From Eledone cirrhosa (taxonomy: Eukaryota): a stretch of 64,000 bases of DNA. The stretch is from positions 1-64,000 of the forward strand of contig CAXHJY010000221.1 of NCBI GenBank assembly GCA_964016885.1. Direction: 5' to 3'. Positions 50,537-63,930 of the stretch are shown piece by piece. The notes beneath the pieces are model-generated. The model saw only the letters and a list, made by a program, of their open reading frames with translations, was not told the origin of the DNA and did not search any database. Both the position numbers and the translations under genes were made by a program. Positions within the stretch are counted from its first letter, which is position 1; the number at the start of each line of letters is the position of its first letter.

Positions 50537-50637
50537 TAATATATAAGAACAAAAGATGGTTAAAAGAGTTCCATGTATTTTATAAAATACATGGAACTCT
50601 TTTAACCATCTTTTGTTCTTTTGTTCTTATATATTAT
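50537..50637. repeat. Loopless palindrome built from the tail of the 3775 hammerhead element
   Basis: AAGAACAAAAGATGGTTAAAAGAGTTCCATGTATTTTA|TAAAATACATGGAACTCTTTTAACCATCTTTTGTTCTT; matches 3838-3885. Confidence 0.9.
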
Positions 50638-50720
50638 GTATACTGCAGTCCTACAAACTGTAGAGTGCTTCTTATCCGATATCTGCATTGCTTTATTGTA
50701 CTACAATAAAACTCACCTCC

Positions 50721-50767
<47 letters not shown>

Positions 50768-50898
50768 AGTTGGTTGTTTACAGTATGCAGATTGGAGCAC
50801 TCGACGAAGTACGCAGGTTGGTTTGTTTACTCCGGAATAATGTCAAATAAGTAACTCAAATACGTAAAATTTGGCTTCGTTTATTATAAATTTACTGC

Positions 50899-50934
<36 letters not shown>

Positions 50935-50948
50935 TTATCTACATCAAT

Positions 50949-50984
<36 letters not shown>

Positions 50985-51019
50985 ATCTGTGTGTGTGTGT
51001 ATCTGTGTGTGTGTGTATC

Positions 51020-51057
<38 letters not shown>

Positions 51058-51091
51058 TGCGGAGGTATTTCAGAATCTAGAAGTCATTTCT

Positions 51092-51156
<65 letters not shown>

Positions 51157-51694
51157 GAAAGGTATAGAAAGTATTGTAGCAAAAAGCCAACAGTATTCCA
51201 TAATATATATAGATGTGTGTGTGTGAGTGTGTGAGTGTGTGTGTGTGTGTGTGTCAGTGTGTGTGTGCGTGTGCGTGTGCGTGTGCGTGTGCGTGAGTGT
51301 GTGTGAGTGAGTGTGTGTGTGTGAGTGCGTGTGTGTGTGTGAGCGTGTGATGGGGAATCGCTCTTTACTTAGTTTATTTACTATGAATCCAAATCAAAAT
51401 TTACAGTAAAAGAAAGAGTAGAGAATGAGAGCCATAGAAAGAGGAGTTCTTCGTGGTAGCTTCACGACCGTCAGTCTGTCGCCATTCGATAAATTACTGT
51501 TAAACAGATTACAGGAGCAAGATTCCTCATTAGAGCCATTGGATATACAATGGCGGAGGCGGTGTTGGTGGGGTGGAATGAAGTCAGATATAGAGAATCA
51601 AGGTTTTATGGAAATTTGCTGCGTGAATAAGCACATTATATATTCACGTGTATGTATGTATGTATGTATGTATGTATGTATGTATGTATGTATA

Positions 51695-51825
<131 letters not shown>

Positions 51826-51850
51826 TATACGCATGATAGATATATTCGTG

Positions 51851-51885
<35 letters not shown>

Positions 51886-51982
51886 ATATACGCATATATA
51901 TATATATATATATTTATTAAATATATATATTATTTATATATATATTATTTATATATAAATATATATATTTATTAAATATATA

Positions 51983-52020
<38 letters not shown>

Positions 52021-52049
52021 GAATTTATAGATATGTGTTTGTGTGAATA

Positions 52050-52095
<46 letters not shown>

Positions 52096-52317
52096 GATAT
52101 ATATTTATATACAAATACACACACACACAAACATATATATATATATATGTTTGTGTGATATATATATCAGAAGATCCCGTTAAGGGTGAAAGCAGCGATT
52201 CTTTGCTTAAACTTTAATCTGTTATTTTACTAAATATATATATATATATATATTAAAAAGTGAGGTTTTTTTTACAAAATGAAAAATAACCGAGGTGTCC
52301 TACACGAGTGAAAGTTT

Positions 52318-52616
52318 AAAGAAAAAAAAGATGAAATCGAAAATGCAACTGGAGTCTTATTTTAAAAAAATATATATATATTTATTTGGTTCCTTTACCG
52401 GTTTCGCAGTTCTTCTGCTTTTCAAAAGTAGAGTTGAGATGGAGGGTCTGTGGTTTTTCTCACATCTGATGTGTAAAAAACCACAGACCCTCCATCTCAA
52501 CTCTACTTTTGAAAAGCAGAAGAACTGCGAAACCGGTAAAGGAACCAAATAAATATATATATATTTTCTTTAAAATAAGACACCAGTTGCATTTTCGATT
52601 TCTTCTTTTTTTCTTT
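52318..52616. repeat. ~300 bp fold-back palindrome with a variant hammerhead in each arm
   Basis: ~145 bp arms, axis ~52467; inner ~85 bp identical. Confidence 0.93.
52506..52541 (+). ncRNA. Variant minimal hammerhead motif (UUGAAAA core); mirror copy on minus strand ~52393-52428
   Basis: CTT-TTGAAAA-GCAG AAGAA CTGC-GAAA-CCGG-TA-AAG. Confidence 0.5.
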
Positions 52617-53174
52617 TTATATATATATATATATATATATGTATATTATGGTAAAGCAACACAAACTTCTAGTTCCAAGTTGTCTTTAAGACCACAACAA
52701 AGATCTCTGTCTCAATATTTGTCACATACTCAAAGTGTATCACTGTTGGCATTCTATGGCATAGACTTTCCAAAGAGTTTCCTTATAACACATTCCACTT
52801 CTTTAGGTAATTTCTGTATGAACTTCGAATAAACGTGGATTTTAGTTGTAAAGAAAATATATATCTACCATATTTACGAGAGTGGGCAGAAAAGTTCTCA
52901 CTGATTATGAAGGGGTGATTGATGCTAGAGTTGTGAAATCTTGTATGAATTAATTTCAACTCTTTTTGTTAAATAATTGCATTGTTTCTTTTTGGGGACT
53001 ATGTTGAGAAAATAAACCTCATTTGGTAATTCCATGAGAGTATCTTGGTAAGATGAATGGAGAGATGCTGTGCTGAAGAGGACTCGTCACACCCTTGCAA
53101 GCAAGGAAAAGCGAATGTAAAATGATATATATTGTATATTTGGGAGGGTGACGTTGTTATAATATTGCCAGAAA

Positions 53175-53989
53175 TCTATATATATAAAACTGTGGTTGTC
53201 TGTCTGTCTATCGATTTTTGGCACACATCTCCTCTTAGAATCTCTGACGGAATTGCACCGAAATTGCTATACTTGTACATTGAGCCCTAGCGAAGACATC
53301 GGAAAAAAAATATTTCAAATTGACCCACCCTATGTGACGAAATCGAATATAATGTATCGATTTTTGAGCGTAAGTTATCAGTTATTTCCCTTTGTTCTGT
53401 TTACATTGAGCGTCTTACGTAAAAAATTACGCTGGCTTTCTCAGCGTTTAAAATGACATTAACACAATACACGAACAGTTGTCGAGCCAGCAAATTATTG
53501 ACCTGCAAAATTCATCAGTTCGAACACTAAGCTTCCGTTTTGCTTCATTTCCATTTAAAAGCATTTTAAAACAATATTTTTACTTGAAAACAAGTCTATT
53601 TAAAGACTACGTAAAACAAGCAAATATTTCAGGCGTGCAGACAGACAGTCGTGCAGAGAGGTGATATAGGCGTGCAGACAGACATAACTGATAATTTGGT
53701 TACGCTAATGTTTTTCTCTGCGTTGCAGTGTTTACATTTTCGATCTTTGTTAATAAATAACCAGTGCAGTTTTTATCCCCAGCATCCTCTTTTGTTATAA
53801 CATTCGGGTTATCGTTATGTTTTCTTAACTTCATAAAGCATATTGTTGGTTGAGGGAATATTAATCAAAAACACCACATGCAAGTCTGCCCAGTAGACAC
53901 TACAGTTTTTAAGCCAAAAAAGAAACTTAACATTGTAACTTTAACACAGCTACTGAGCGACCCCGAGCAACGCCGGGCTTTACTGCTAG
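53175..53989 (+). mobile_element. Non-autonomous Helitron (~815 bp)
   Basis: A|TCTATATATATAAAAC..(TCTG)n 5' end; CCCG-AGCAACGC-CGGG hairpin then CTAG|T 3' end; A/T target, no TSD. Confidence 0.85.
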
Positions 53990-54127
53990 TATATAATAAA
54001 ACACACTCACTGTTTGGTTTGGGTTGGTTTACGCTTCTGTATATTTTATATCTCTCTAGTTAATGTAGCTGGCAATCCATGTTTAGCATTGATTGACGAA
54101 AAACATTGCAAAACAAATTCATCGTCG

Positions 54128-54129
<2 letters not shown>

Positions 54130-54178
<49 letters not shown>

Positions 54179-54194
54179 GATATATATTATATAG

Positions 54195-54226
<32 letters not shown>

Positions 54227-54684
54227 GATATATATATATATATTATATATTATATATTATATATATATATAGAGATAGATATATATATATTATATATATT
54301 ATATATGTATATTATATATATATATAGAGATAGATATATATATATATATATTATATATATTATATATGTATATTATATATATATAGAGAGATAGATATAT
54401 ATATATATATTATATATATATATATTATATATATATAGAGAGATAGATATATATATATATATTATATATTATATATATATATTATATATAGAGAGATAGA
54501 TATATATATATATATTATATATTATATATATATATTATATATAGAGATAGATATATATATATATTATATATTATATATATATATATTATATATATTATAT
54601 ATATATATATATATATAGAGATATATATATATTATATATATTATATATTATATATATCTATCTATCTATATTATATATATATAT

Positions 54685-54718
<34 letters not shown>

Positions 54719-54719
54719 A

Positions 54720-54774
<55 letters not shown>

Positions 54775-54775
54775 T
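54130..54775. repeat. (TA)n/(GA) array
   Basis: Directly visible. Confidence 0.95.
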
Positions 54776-54911
54776 ACGGCGATAAATTTGTTTTGCAAAT
54801 ATATATATATATGTATATATGTATATATGTATATGTGTGTGTGTGTGTGTGTAAGCGCGTTTGTATTTTATTCAGCTTACTTAAAAACCTGACATACTTA
54901 AACTGTATACA

Positions 54912-54966
<55 letters not shown>

Positions 54967-55067
54967 TACATATACATATACTATTCCTTCAATTCTCCGT
55001 TATTAAAATTCTGCAGATGTTTCCATCTAAACCTCAATCTTCAAAGAGAGAGAGAGAGAGAGAGAGA

Positions 55068-55229
55068 GACGCACACAAAACAATTATTTGGTCAATTTTT
55101 TCCAATATCAATGAATATTTCTTCATTCTAAAATAGCTAAGTGTTCAATATTTAATCCAAATTCGTCAGTTTAGATTTAAATATTTTAAATAATATCTTT
55201 TATCAATAGTAAACTTGTTATTTTAGTAT

Positions 55230-55302
<73 letters not shown>

Positions 55303-55467
55303 CGCACACAAAACAATTATTTGGTCAATTTTTTCCAATATCAATGAATATTTCTTCATTCTAAAATAGCTAAGTGTTCAATATTTAATCCAAATTCGTC
55401 AGTTTAGATTTAAATATTTTAAATAATATCTTTTATCAATAGTAAACTTGTTATTTTAGTATTTTGA
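55068..55467 (+). repeat. Exact 167-bp direct duplication separated by (GA)n
   Basis: 55068-55234 = 55301-55467. Confidence 0.92.
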
Positions 55468-55630
55468 TAATTTCATATGAATAAATAGTAGATTAAATCG
55501 ATCTCTGTGCTGAACTGGTACCTAATTTTATCGATACTAGATACTAGATACTATCGATATAGATTAGAGTCAAAATTGACCTCAGCGGGTTTTGAATTCA
55601 GAGAGCGCAAATATCAAGGACGATAACTAG

Positions 55631-55968
55631 GTACTAGGTACATGGGTGTTGTACTAGGTACATGGGTGTTGTACTAAGTACATGGCTGTTGTACTAAGTA
55701 CATGGCTGTTGTACTAAGTACATGGGTGTTGTACTAGGTACATGGGTGTTGTACTAGGTACATGGGTGTTGTACTAGGTACATGGGTGTTGTACTAGGTA
55801 CATGGGTGTTGTACTAAGTACATGGGTGTTGTACTAAGTACATGGGTGTTGTACTAAGTACATGGGTGTTGTACTAAGTACATGGGTGTTGCACTAGGTA
55901 CATGGGTGGTGTACTAAGTACATGGGTGGTGTACTAAGTACATGGGTGTTGTACAAAGTACATGGGTA
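55631..55968 (+). repeat. 20-bp minisatellite GTACTA(G/A)GTACATGGGTGTT, about 17 units
   Basis: Directly visible; flanked by minus-strand SINE A remnants. Confidence 0.95.
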
Positions 55969-56134
55969 TTGGCCTAAAATCAAAGTTGACAGGTGAGATT
56001 TGAACTCAGAGTTCAGTGAGTCGGAACGAATACCAAAAAGCATTTTATTAGACCTTCTAACAACTGATTATTTGCCACCTAGTGGACATATGTGCATGCA
56101 TGTATGGGCCCCTAATTCCCAAGAGAGTCGTAGA

Positions 56135-56460
56135 GGTGTCGTATTGACATACGGCGTTTCTTGGCTATTTTTAAAAATCTGGTGGAGCCCATTTCCTCTC
56201 CAGGTCTGAATACAGCAGATTTCTTCCAGAGAAGGAGAGAGAGAGGGACAGAGAGAGAGAGAGAGTGATAGAAAGGAAGTCAGAAAGCGATATAGAGGAA
56301 GAATCAGCCCCAGTACTTGACTGGTACAATTTTTTATCTACCTTCAATGGATAAAAGGCAAATTTGAATTCGGCGGGATTTGAACTCAGAGAACAGGGGG
56401 CCTATACGAATACCGCAAAGCATTCTATTCGATGTTCTAACAACTCTGACAGTTCACTGC
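56135..56460 (-). mobile_element. Diverged SINE A-related copy with extended tail (homologous to 11470-11675)
   Basis: GGCGGGATTTGAACTCAG, CCCCAGTACTTGACTGGTAC. Confidence 0.7.
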
Positions 56461-56799
56461 CTGTTTAATCTATTAGATAAAAACATATATTTAATTTCGT
56501 ATGTCTGTGCAACATACATACTAGAGAAAAAATGCATTCGGGTGATGAAATAATCAGTTCTATTCAATTTAGATAATTTATCTCCAATATCTAAGTAAAA
56601 GTAATGTGATTTCCGATTGAATTTGATATAGAGAAAACAATACAATGCTCACTAATTAAATCTTAAAATATATTTGTTCAAGTGGAAATTCGTTAAATTG
56701 TGTTTCTGGATGTCCAGTTGACTCACTTGAGAACATACCAATGTCTCAGAAGACATTAATCTATGATCAAATTTTATTTGAACTAAACATCAGTTTAGT

Positions 56800-57035
56800 A
56801 ACGTTGCTCAATAGAATTCTTAGATCGAAGATCAACGATCAGAGAGTCGCTCGAGGTAGAGCTACTGCTTCTCCGAATTGAGAGATCCTAGGGTTTCCTT
56901 CGATGGGTCATTGGACTAACATTACTCAATAGAGCGTGTAGATCGGAGATCAGACAGTTGCTCAAGATAGAGCTGCTACTTCTCCGAATGGAGAGATCAC
57001 AGCTACAATATTATGAGCATGTGGTTAGAATGTTT
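56800..57035 (+). mobile_element. RTE-clade ORF2 fragment, internally duplicated
   Basis: IRESLEVELLLLRIERS and RSEIRQLLKIELLLLRMERSQLQYYEHVVRM match the RTE ERSQLRWxGHVxRM motif. Confidence 0.75.
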
Positions 57036-57061
57036 CATTAATAAAAAGAGTTGAAATTAAT

Positions 57062-57244
57062 TGTTTCTAATTTAGGCACAAGGCCAGCAATCACCAGTTC
57101 ATTACTGGTACTTTGTTTTATCGACCCCGTAAGGATGAAAGGCAAAGTCAACCTCGGCGGGATTTGAACTCAGATCGTAAAGGGACGTAACTATGCTGGA
57201 AAGCATGGCGTCCGACCCTGTACCGATACTGCCAATCCACTGCC
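57062..57244 (-). mobile_element. SINE A, full length, 17-bp TSD
   Basis: AAAGAGTTGAAATTAAT at 57045-57061 and 57245-57261. Confidence 0.93.
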
Positions 57245-58040
57245 AAAGAGTTGAAATTAATGCTTGCAAGAATTCACAGCTGTAGTATCATTCCTTCATA
57301 ATCAGTATATGAACTTCTTAACCGACCCTTGTAGGTTTAGCTGGCCTCCTATGGAGTAACATATCATAGCAGGTTTCTCTAGTGTTTTGATAAAAGAGGT
57401 TTCAGTCCTATCAAGAAAGATCAACATGTAATACGTCGTCTTCATCAAGATCACCACACGGTGCTCGGTCCAGGAATCAAACTCACGACCTTTTGATTTT
57501 TGATTTTGTGTCAAGCAACTTAGCCCTGGGGTGGTGATTGACTCCCTCGGGTTATAAAAATGCCCTAAAAACACCGTATGTTAATATGGCGCTTCTACGA
57601 CTCCCTGGGGAGTTATGGGTCCATATGATACCATACCATAGAAGCAACTTAACCACTACGACTAGACAATAATACTTCACAGACAGAAGAATCGATGGCC
57701 TATCTATCAAAACCTAAGAGAGAGTTTTAGTCTAAAGATCTTCATCGATTACCTTCATCTGTTGACTGGGGTTTCTCAACCAAAACCTAAACCAAAAGCA
57801 GAAACCACCAATAAAAACCAAGGACCATTTCAAAATCAAACAATATCACAGACCAAAAATAGCTCCGGTTTGTAAATGATTTCTTTTACTGGACCAATAA
57901 CTGTGATTTATCAATAGATCGATCGCTGAAAGTGAACAACACTTAATCGATATTTATTAATGAATCATATTTTTAAATTTATAGATCCTCAATCCTTACA
58001 ATGGTTCCTTTAAGACCACTATTATTATTATTATTATTAA

Positions 58041-58229
58041 GTTGGTGTTTGGCAGTATCGGTAGAGGGTCGGACGCCATGCTTTCCAGCATAGTTACGTC
58101 CCTTTACGATCTGAGTTCAAATCCCGCCGAGGTTGACTTTGCCTTTCATCCTTACGGGGTCGATAAAATAAAGTACCAGTAATGCACTGGATAATTGCTG
58201 GCCTTGTGCCTAAAGTAGAAACAATTATT

Positions 58230-58260
<31 letters not shown>

Positions 58261-58459
58261 CTACTATTAGGGTGGTGGATTGGCAGTATCGGTAGAGGGT
58301 CTGACACCACACTTTGCAGCATAGAGTTACGGCCCTTTGTAGTCTGAGTTCAAATCCCGCCGAGGTAAACTTTGCCTTTCATCTTTACGGTGTCGATAAT
58401 ATAAATTACCAGTAATACACTGAATAATTGCTGGCCTTGTGCCAAAAGTAGAAACAATT
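58041..58459 (+). mobile_element. Two tandem full-length SINE A copies (58041-58226, 58270-58459)
   Basis: Complete head/central/tail; separated by (ATT)n. Confidence 0.93.
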
Positions 58460-58990
58460 ATTTAGTGGGTTTAATGTATATGGGAAAGTGGATGGGAAAG
58501 GTGTGAGATATAATGCCAGGTGGGTGCCATCATCTTCCCCTCCCCCCAAATTGCTGGCCTTGTGCCTATAGTAGAAATCATTATTATTATTATTATCATT
58601 TATCCAACATCACCCACCTCTTAAAAAATAAAATAAAGATGGAAGTTGTAAAGAAATCAATATAAATAATTATCTGTGCATGTTTTGAGAAGATTAGAAG
58701 AGAGAAGTGGTGAAATGGAAGGAACTAGAGATTTATCTCTGTATTCCTTCGTGAATTACAAGACAACGAATTCACTTATGTGAAGAAATTCTTTACTTTA
58801 TTTTTTTCTCTCTCCCTCTCTTCCCCTCTCTCTGTTGATTTATCTCTCTCTCTCTCTATCTCTCTCAATTTCTCTCTTACTCTCTCCATCTCTCTCACCT
58901 CCACCACCCTAAAGGTTATTTATATTAATTCAACACTTCCTTTTATCTATCTACACACACACACATATATGTGCACACACAGACAATAAC

Positions 58991-59034
<44 letters not shown>

Positions 59035-59159
59035 TAACAGATAAATATTGACTGTTACTGGATGGTAGATTGAGAAGTTCACAGAAAGAATTATGTGTAT
59101 GTATGTATGTATGTATGTATGTGTGTGTGTTTATATGAGTGTGTCTGTGTGTGTGTATA

Positions 59160-59195
<36 letters not shown>

Positions 59196-59251
59196 TGTAT
59201 GTATGTATGTATGTATGTATGTATGTATGTATGTATGTATGTGTGTATGTG

Positions 59252-59313
<62 letters not shown>

Positions 59314-59361
59314 TGTGTGTGTTTATATATGTGTGCGTGTTTATATGAGTGTGTATGTGTG

Positions 59362-59394
<33 letters not shown>

Positions 59395-59489
59395 ATGTGT
59401 GTGTGTATGTCTGTATTTATATACAGAGAGGGAAGGAGGAGGAGGGGAGGAGGGAGGGGGATGAAACGAGAAAGAAATATAGAGAAAGA

Positions 59490-59650
59490 ATCGACCCAGT
59501 ACTGAACTGATACACATTTTATCGACCTCAATAAATGCTAAAAGACTAAAGCTGACCTCGGTAAGATTTGAACTCAGGTCCTTAAAAAGCCGCAACAAAC
59601 ACTTCAGACATTATTTATATCCGATGTTCTTACAACTCGGACTGTTTAGT
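59490..59650 (-). mobile_element. Old SINE A-related copy
   Basis: TTTTATCGACC..GACCTCGGTAAGATTTGAACTCAG. Confidence 0.65.
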
Positions 59651-59837
59651 GCCTTAAGGACATTCTAGATATAGTGGAATATAAATAATAAGAAACATAT
59701 TAGAAAAAATTAGGGTGAGGTGTAAAGAAGGTGGTGGAGGTGGGGAAAGGTGGGGTATAATGGGGGGAGAAGGTGGGGGTATTAAGCTCAACAATAATCA
59801 TAACGAGGAAGAACGCTGACGCACGGCACCCCCTTCT

Positions 59838-59878
<41 letters not shown>

Positions 59879-59991
59879 AAGAGAAAGAGAAAGAGAAAGA
59901 GAAAGAGAGAAGGGGATATATATGTATGTATATATATATATACATATATGTATATGTATATATATATATACATATACATATATATATACAA

Positions 59992-60023
<32 letters not shown>

Positions 60024-60322
60024 GCGCAGATATATATATATATATATATACACATATATATATATATACACGCACACATATATACACACACAAACACACA
60101 CACATATATGCACACACAAACACACACATATATATATACACATATATATATACACACGCACACATATATACACACACACATATATATATGCACACACAAA
60201 CACACACATATATATATACACATATATATATACACACGCACACATAAAAACACACACACATATATATGCACACACAAACATATATATATATACATACATA
60301 CATACACACACACACAATCATA

Positions 60323-60361
<39 letters not shown>

Positions 60362-60628
60362 TTATGTATTTGGTGGCAATATAGAAGACATATAATATAT
60401 ATAAGGATTGTCAAGCTGATGATCATAAAAATAAAATGTCGTGTGTAAAGAAGAAAGAATTATCTGGGAATAAAGGCTTATAAGAAAATATTAACCGTTT
60501 CTAATCTATGATTCTTTATCAATCTTGTACTTGCAGCTAAAATTCTCTCAATATTTATTGATTTTCAAACAATAGATGCAATCTTACTGTCAGCAGCCAT
60601 TTTCCGGTCGTTTCCTTTTATATATATA

Positions 60629-62350
60629 CTAGCAGTGACACCCGGCCTTGCACGGGATAAGGTATTTTGGAATGCGGGCTGCCAACAGACCTAATCGTGG
60701 AAAAACTGCATGCCTCAACAATATGTAAAAATAAAATAAACCGAATACTCTGATGGCTGGATAACCTTTAAGATTTTCCTCGGTGAAGCAGGAAAAATGC
60801 AGGTTTTCACCTAATGCGGGCCCTAGGGCATCAAGAAAATGAATTTTTTTATGTGCATAATATGCCTTGAAATTTAGAGAAAATCGGCTAGACGTATCGC
60901 CTAAAAAAAGCCCTAAAAAACTGAAAAAAATGAAGTTTTTCACCTAATGAGGGCCCTAGGCCATAAAAAAAGTTAGATTTTCTTTGCTCACTGCACGAAG
61001 AAGAGACTGACTAATACATAGTTACAATTTCAAGGAAATCGATCTGCCGTAACGCCTCAAAATACCCTTAAAAAGCTGAAAAAAAACCCGCAGTTTTTCA
61101 CCTAATGGGGATCAAAAAGTTGAATTGTTTATGTGCATAACACTCCCTGAAACATAACGCGGGCCGCCAACAGACCTAATCGTGGTAAAACTGCATGCCT
61201 GGACAATATGTAAAGAAAATAAACCGATACTCCCCTGCAATTAGTATTAGGTATGCTTGCTTCTCCTTCCACGTGGAGAAAATCGGCTTGGTGCTTTTGG
61301 CATAAAGTGTCATGATTCAGCAGGACAGATGTCACCACTTATGTCAGAGGGAAGTCTGCAATGCTTGAGCAAGGCATGACGTGCAATCGGACAGCATGTG
61401 GAGCCTTCTCCAAGGAGTCCACCGCACCTTAGTTAGTAAACGCAACGGGACAAACCTTTAACAAACTGTGGGTATGATTTAACAAATTTAAAGAGGAATG
61501 GTGTAATAAATTGGGCCCCGAGGCGTGTGCGCGTTCACTGGCAGCTCTAAACGAAAGGGTCATCATCAGCTATTTCAAGGGCCCTTAAAAGGGCCGTGTA
61601 AGCCGTTCACTGACACCCCAGTAAGGAGGGGTAACCATCAACAATTTCAAGTGGTGGCCCTAAAAAGGGCCATATAAGCGTTCACTTGTAGCCCTTAATA
61701 GTGACTGACTGCGTTCTCTCACATTTGAAGGAGGGTGTTACGGTTTCTTCCACTGGTAGCCTTTAGAATGAATCAGAATGCGTTCGCGGTCGTTTAACAG
61801 CCATACATTGACGCGCCCAGTGCGAAGCGGAAGGTCCATCTCTGAACGTAGTCACCTGAAGCCGAGGGAAAACGTATTTCAGGTAAGAGGCTGTAGGAAT
61901 GGCAACCAGGTTGCCTTGAGAAATGTTGATAACGAACCTAGCTCGTCCTCTCCCAGCTGCCAACTCGAGAGCACCCAACGAACAACGATCCACTTAACGA
62001 CCTTACATTGCCGCACCAATTGTCAAGGGGAAGGTTCTTAGCTGAAGGATTCACCTTAAACCGTAGAAAAAACGCATTTCAGTGTGGGAGTGACCCAATG
62101 CAGACAGCCAAACATACAGACAGATATTATAAGGGCGCGACGTTATATGTATGTATCTATCTAAAAAGAGAAAGACTAAGAATTATAGAGAGAGATCGCT
62201 AAATCGCCTAATGCGGTCCCTAGGGCATTGAAAATTTGAAATTTCTTTTGCTCAAAACACTCCCTGAAACATAAGTATTACAGTTGGTTGGGTGCTTCTC
62301 GAGTTTTAGGGATTCAAACACACACACACACACATAGACAGACATACTCA

Positions 62351-62365
<15 letters not shown>
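60629..62365 (-). mobile_element. Composite non-autonomous Helitron (~1.7 kb)
   Basis: Minus-strand 3' end CCCGTGCAAGGCCGGG..GCTAG|T; 5' end TATATATAAAACTGAGTATGTCTGTCT like 53175; internal repeats (60674/61159; CCTAATG.GG x4). Confidence 0.7.
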
Positions 62366-62388
<23 letters not shown>

Positions 62389-62473
62389 CATACATATATA
62401 TACATATATATATACACACACAAATATATATATACATACATATATATATATACATATATATACACACACACAC

Positions 62474-62504
<31 letters not shown>

Positions 62505-62570
62505 CCTCTCTCTTTCTGACGGTTTGAACTTTACAACACCAGAGAGAGAGAGAGAGAGCGAGAGAGTGAG

Positions 62571-62610
<40 letters not shown>

Positions 62611-62920
62611 CTAATGGATTCTACAAGGTATTAATATATGCTTGTAGCTGAGTGGAAATATTGATAAATCTTTATTTTACATCTTTGGAATTCTTTCAAA
62701 CAAGACGTTTTCGCATGAAGGTGGTCAATCTTTCACAAAGAATTGCTTTCTTCAAATATATAACTCCAACTCTTTTTCCAAAGCTGTTGTCATGACGTTA
62801 TTCTTAATAAATCTTCTGCTACAAAAATTAATATATATCTATAACTATTTCATTTTCTGCAAAGTTAAGTTTCGATAAATCTTCTCATATAGTTAACATA
62901 TATTTCCTAAAACGTCGTAC

Positions 62921-62958
<38 letters not shown>

Positions 62959-62960
62959 AT

Positions 62961-63143
62961 AATTGTTTCTACTTTAGGCACAAGGCCAGCAATTACCCCA
63001 GTGCATTACTGGTACTTTATTTTATCGACCCCGTAAGGATGAAAGGCAAAGTCAACCTCGGCGGGATTTGAACTCAGATCGTAAAGGGACGTAACTATGC
63101 TGGAAAGCATGGCGTCCGACCCTCTACCGCCAATCCACCGCCC
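62961..63143 (-). mobile_element. SINE A, full length, ~18-bp TSD
   Basis: TATATATATAGTAATAAT at 62946-62963 and 63145-63162. Confidence 0.92.
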
Positions 63144-63159
63144 TTATATATATAGTAAT

Positions 63160-63597
63160 AATAATAGATAATAATAATAGATAATAATAATAGATAATGA
63201 GAAGAATAAGAATAAGAAGAATAAGAAGAATAAGAATAAGAAGAATAAGAAGAATAAGAATAATAATAATAAGAATAAGAAGAAGAATAATAAGAATAAG
63301 AATAAGAAGAATAAGAAGAAAAAGAATAAGAATAAGAAGAATAAGAATAAGAAGAATAAGAATAAGAATAAGAAGAATAAGAAGAAAAAGAATAAGAATA
63401 AGAAGAATAAGAATAAGAAGAATAAGAAGAAAAAGAATAAGAATAAGAAGAATAAGAATAAGAAGAATAAGAATAAGAATAAGAAGAATAAGAATAAGAA
63501 TAAGAATAAAAAGAAGAATAAGAATAAGAAGAATAAGAAGAATAAGAAGAATAAGAAGAATAAGAAAAATAAGAATAATAATAATAAGAAGAAGAAA
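63160..63597 (+). repeat. (AAGAAT)/(AAG)n simple repeat
   Basis: Directly visible; produces the RRI pseudo-ORF. Confidence 0.95.
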
Positions 63598-63667
63598 GCG
63601 ATTCTTTGCTTAAACTTTAATCTGTTATTTTAATAAATATATATATATGTATATATATATATAATTC

Positions 63668-63846
63668 ATAGAAAGGCTTCTACAGGACTAGAACTGTTTT
63701 ATTCGGTAGAAATCATTAGCCTTCCTGATGATTTCTACCGAATGAAACAGTTCTAGTCCTATAGAAACCTTTCTATATTAAATATTTATACTCTGCTATG
63801 TATTGAGTACCTTACTTACTGTGGTTACCCCCGATTGAACCCGGGA
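63668..63846 (+). mobile_element. Fold-back hammerhead element, same family as 24478
   Basis: Arms 63668-63715 / 63727-63776; CTTC-CTGATGA-TTTCTACCGAAT-GAAA-CAGTTCTAGTCCTA-TA-GAAA; shared tail. Confidence 0.82.
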
Positions 63847-63848
63847 TA

Positions 63849-63930
<82 letters not shown>

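Noticed and set aside
55631-55968. CRISPR or telomere-like array
   Set aside because: Plain 20-bp minisatellite without spacers; not TTAGGG.
63197-63613. Arg/Ile-rich protamine-like ORF
   Set aside because: Pure (AAGAAT/AAG)n simple repeat next to a SINE insertion.
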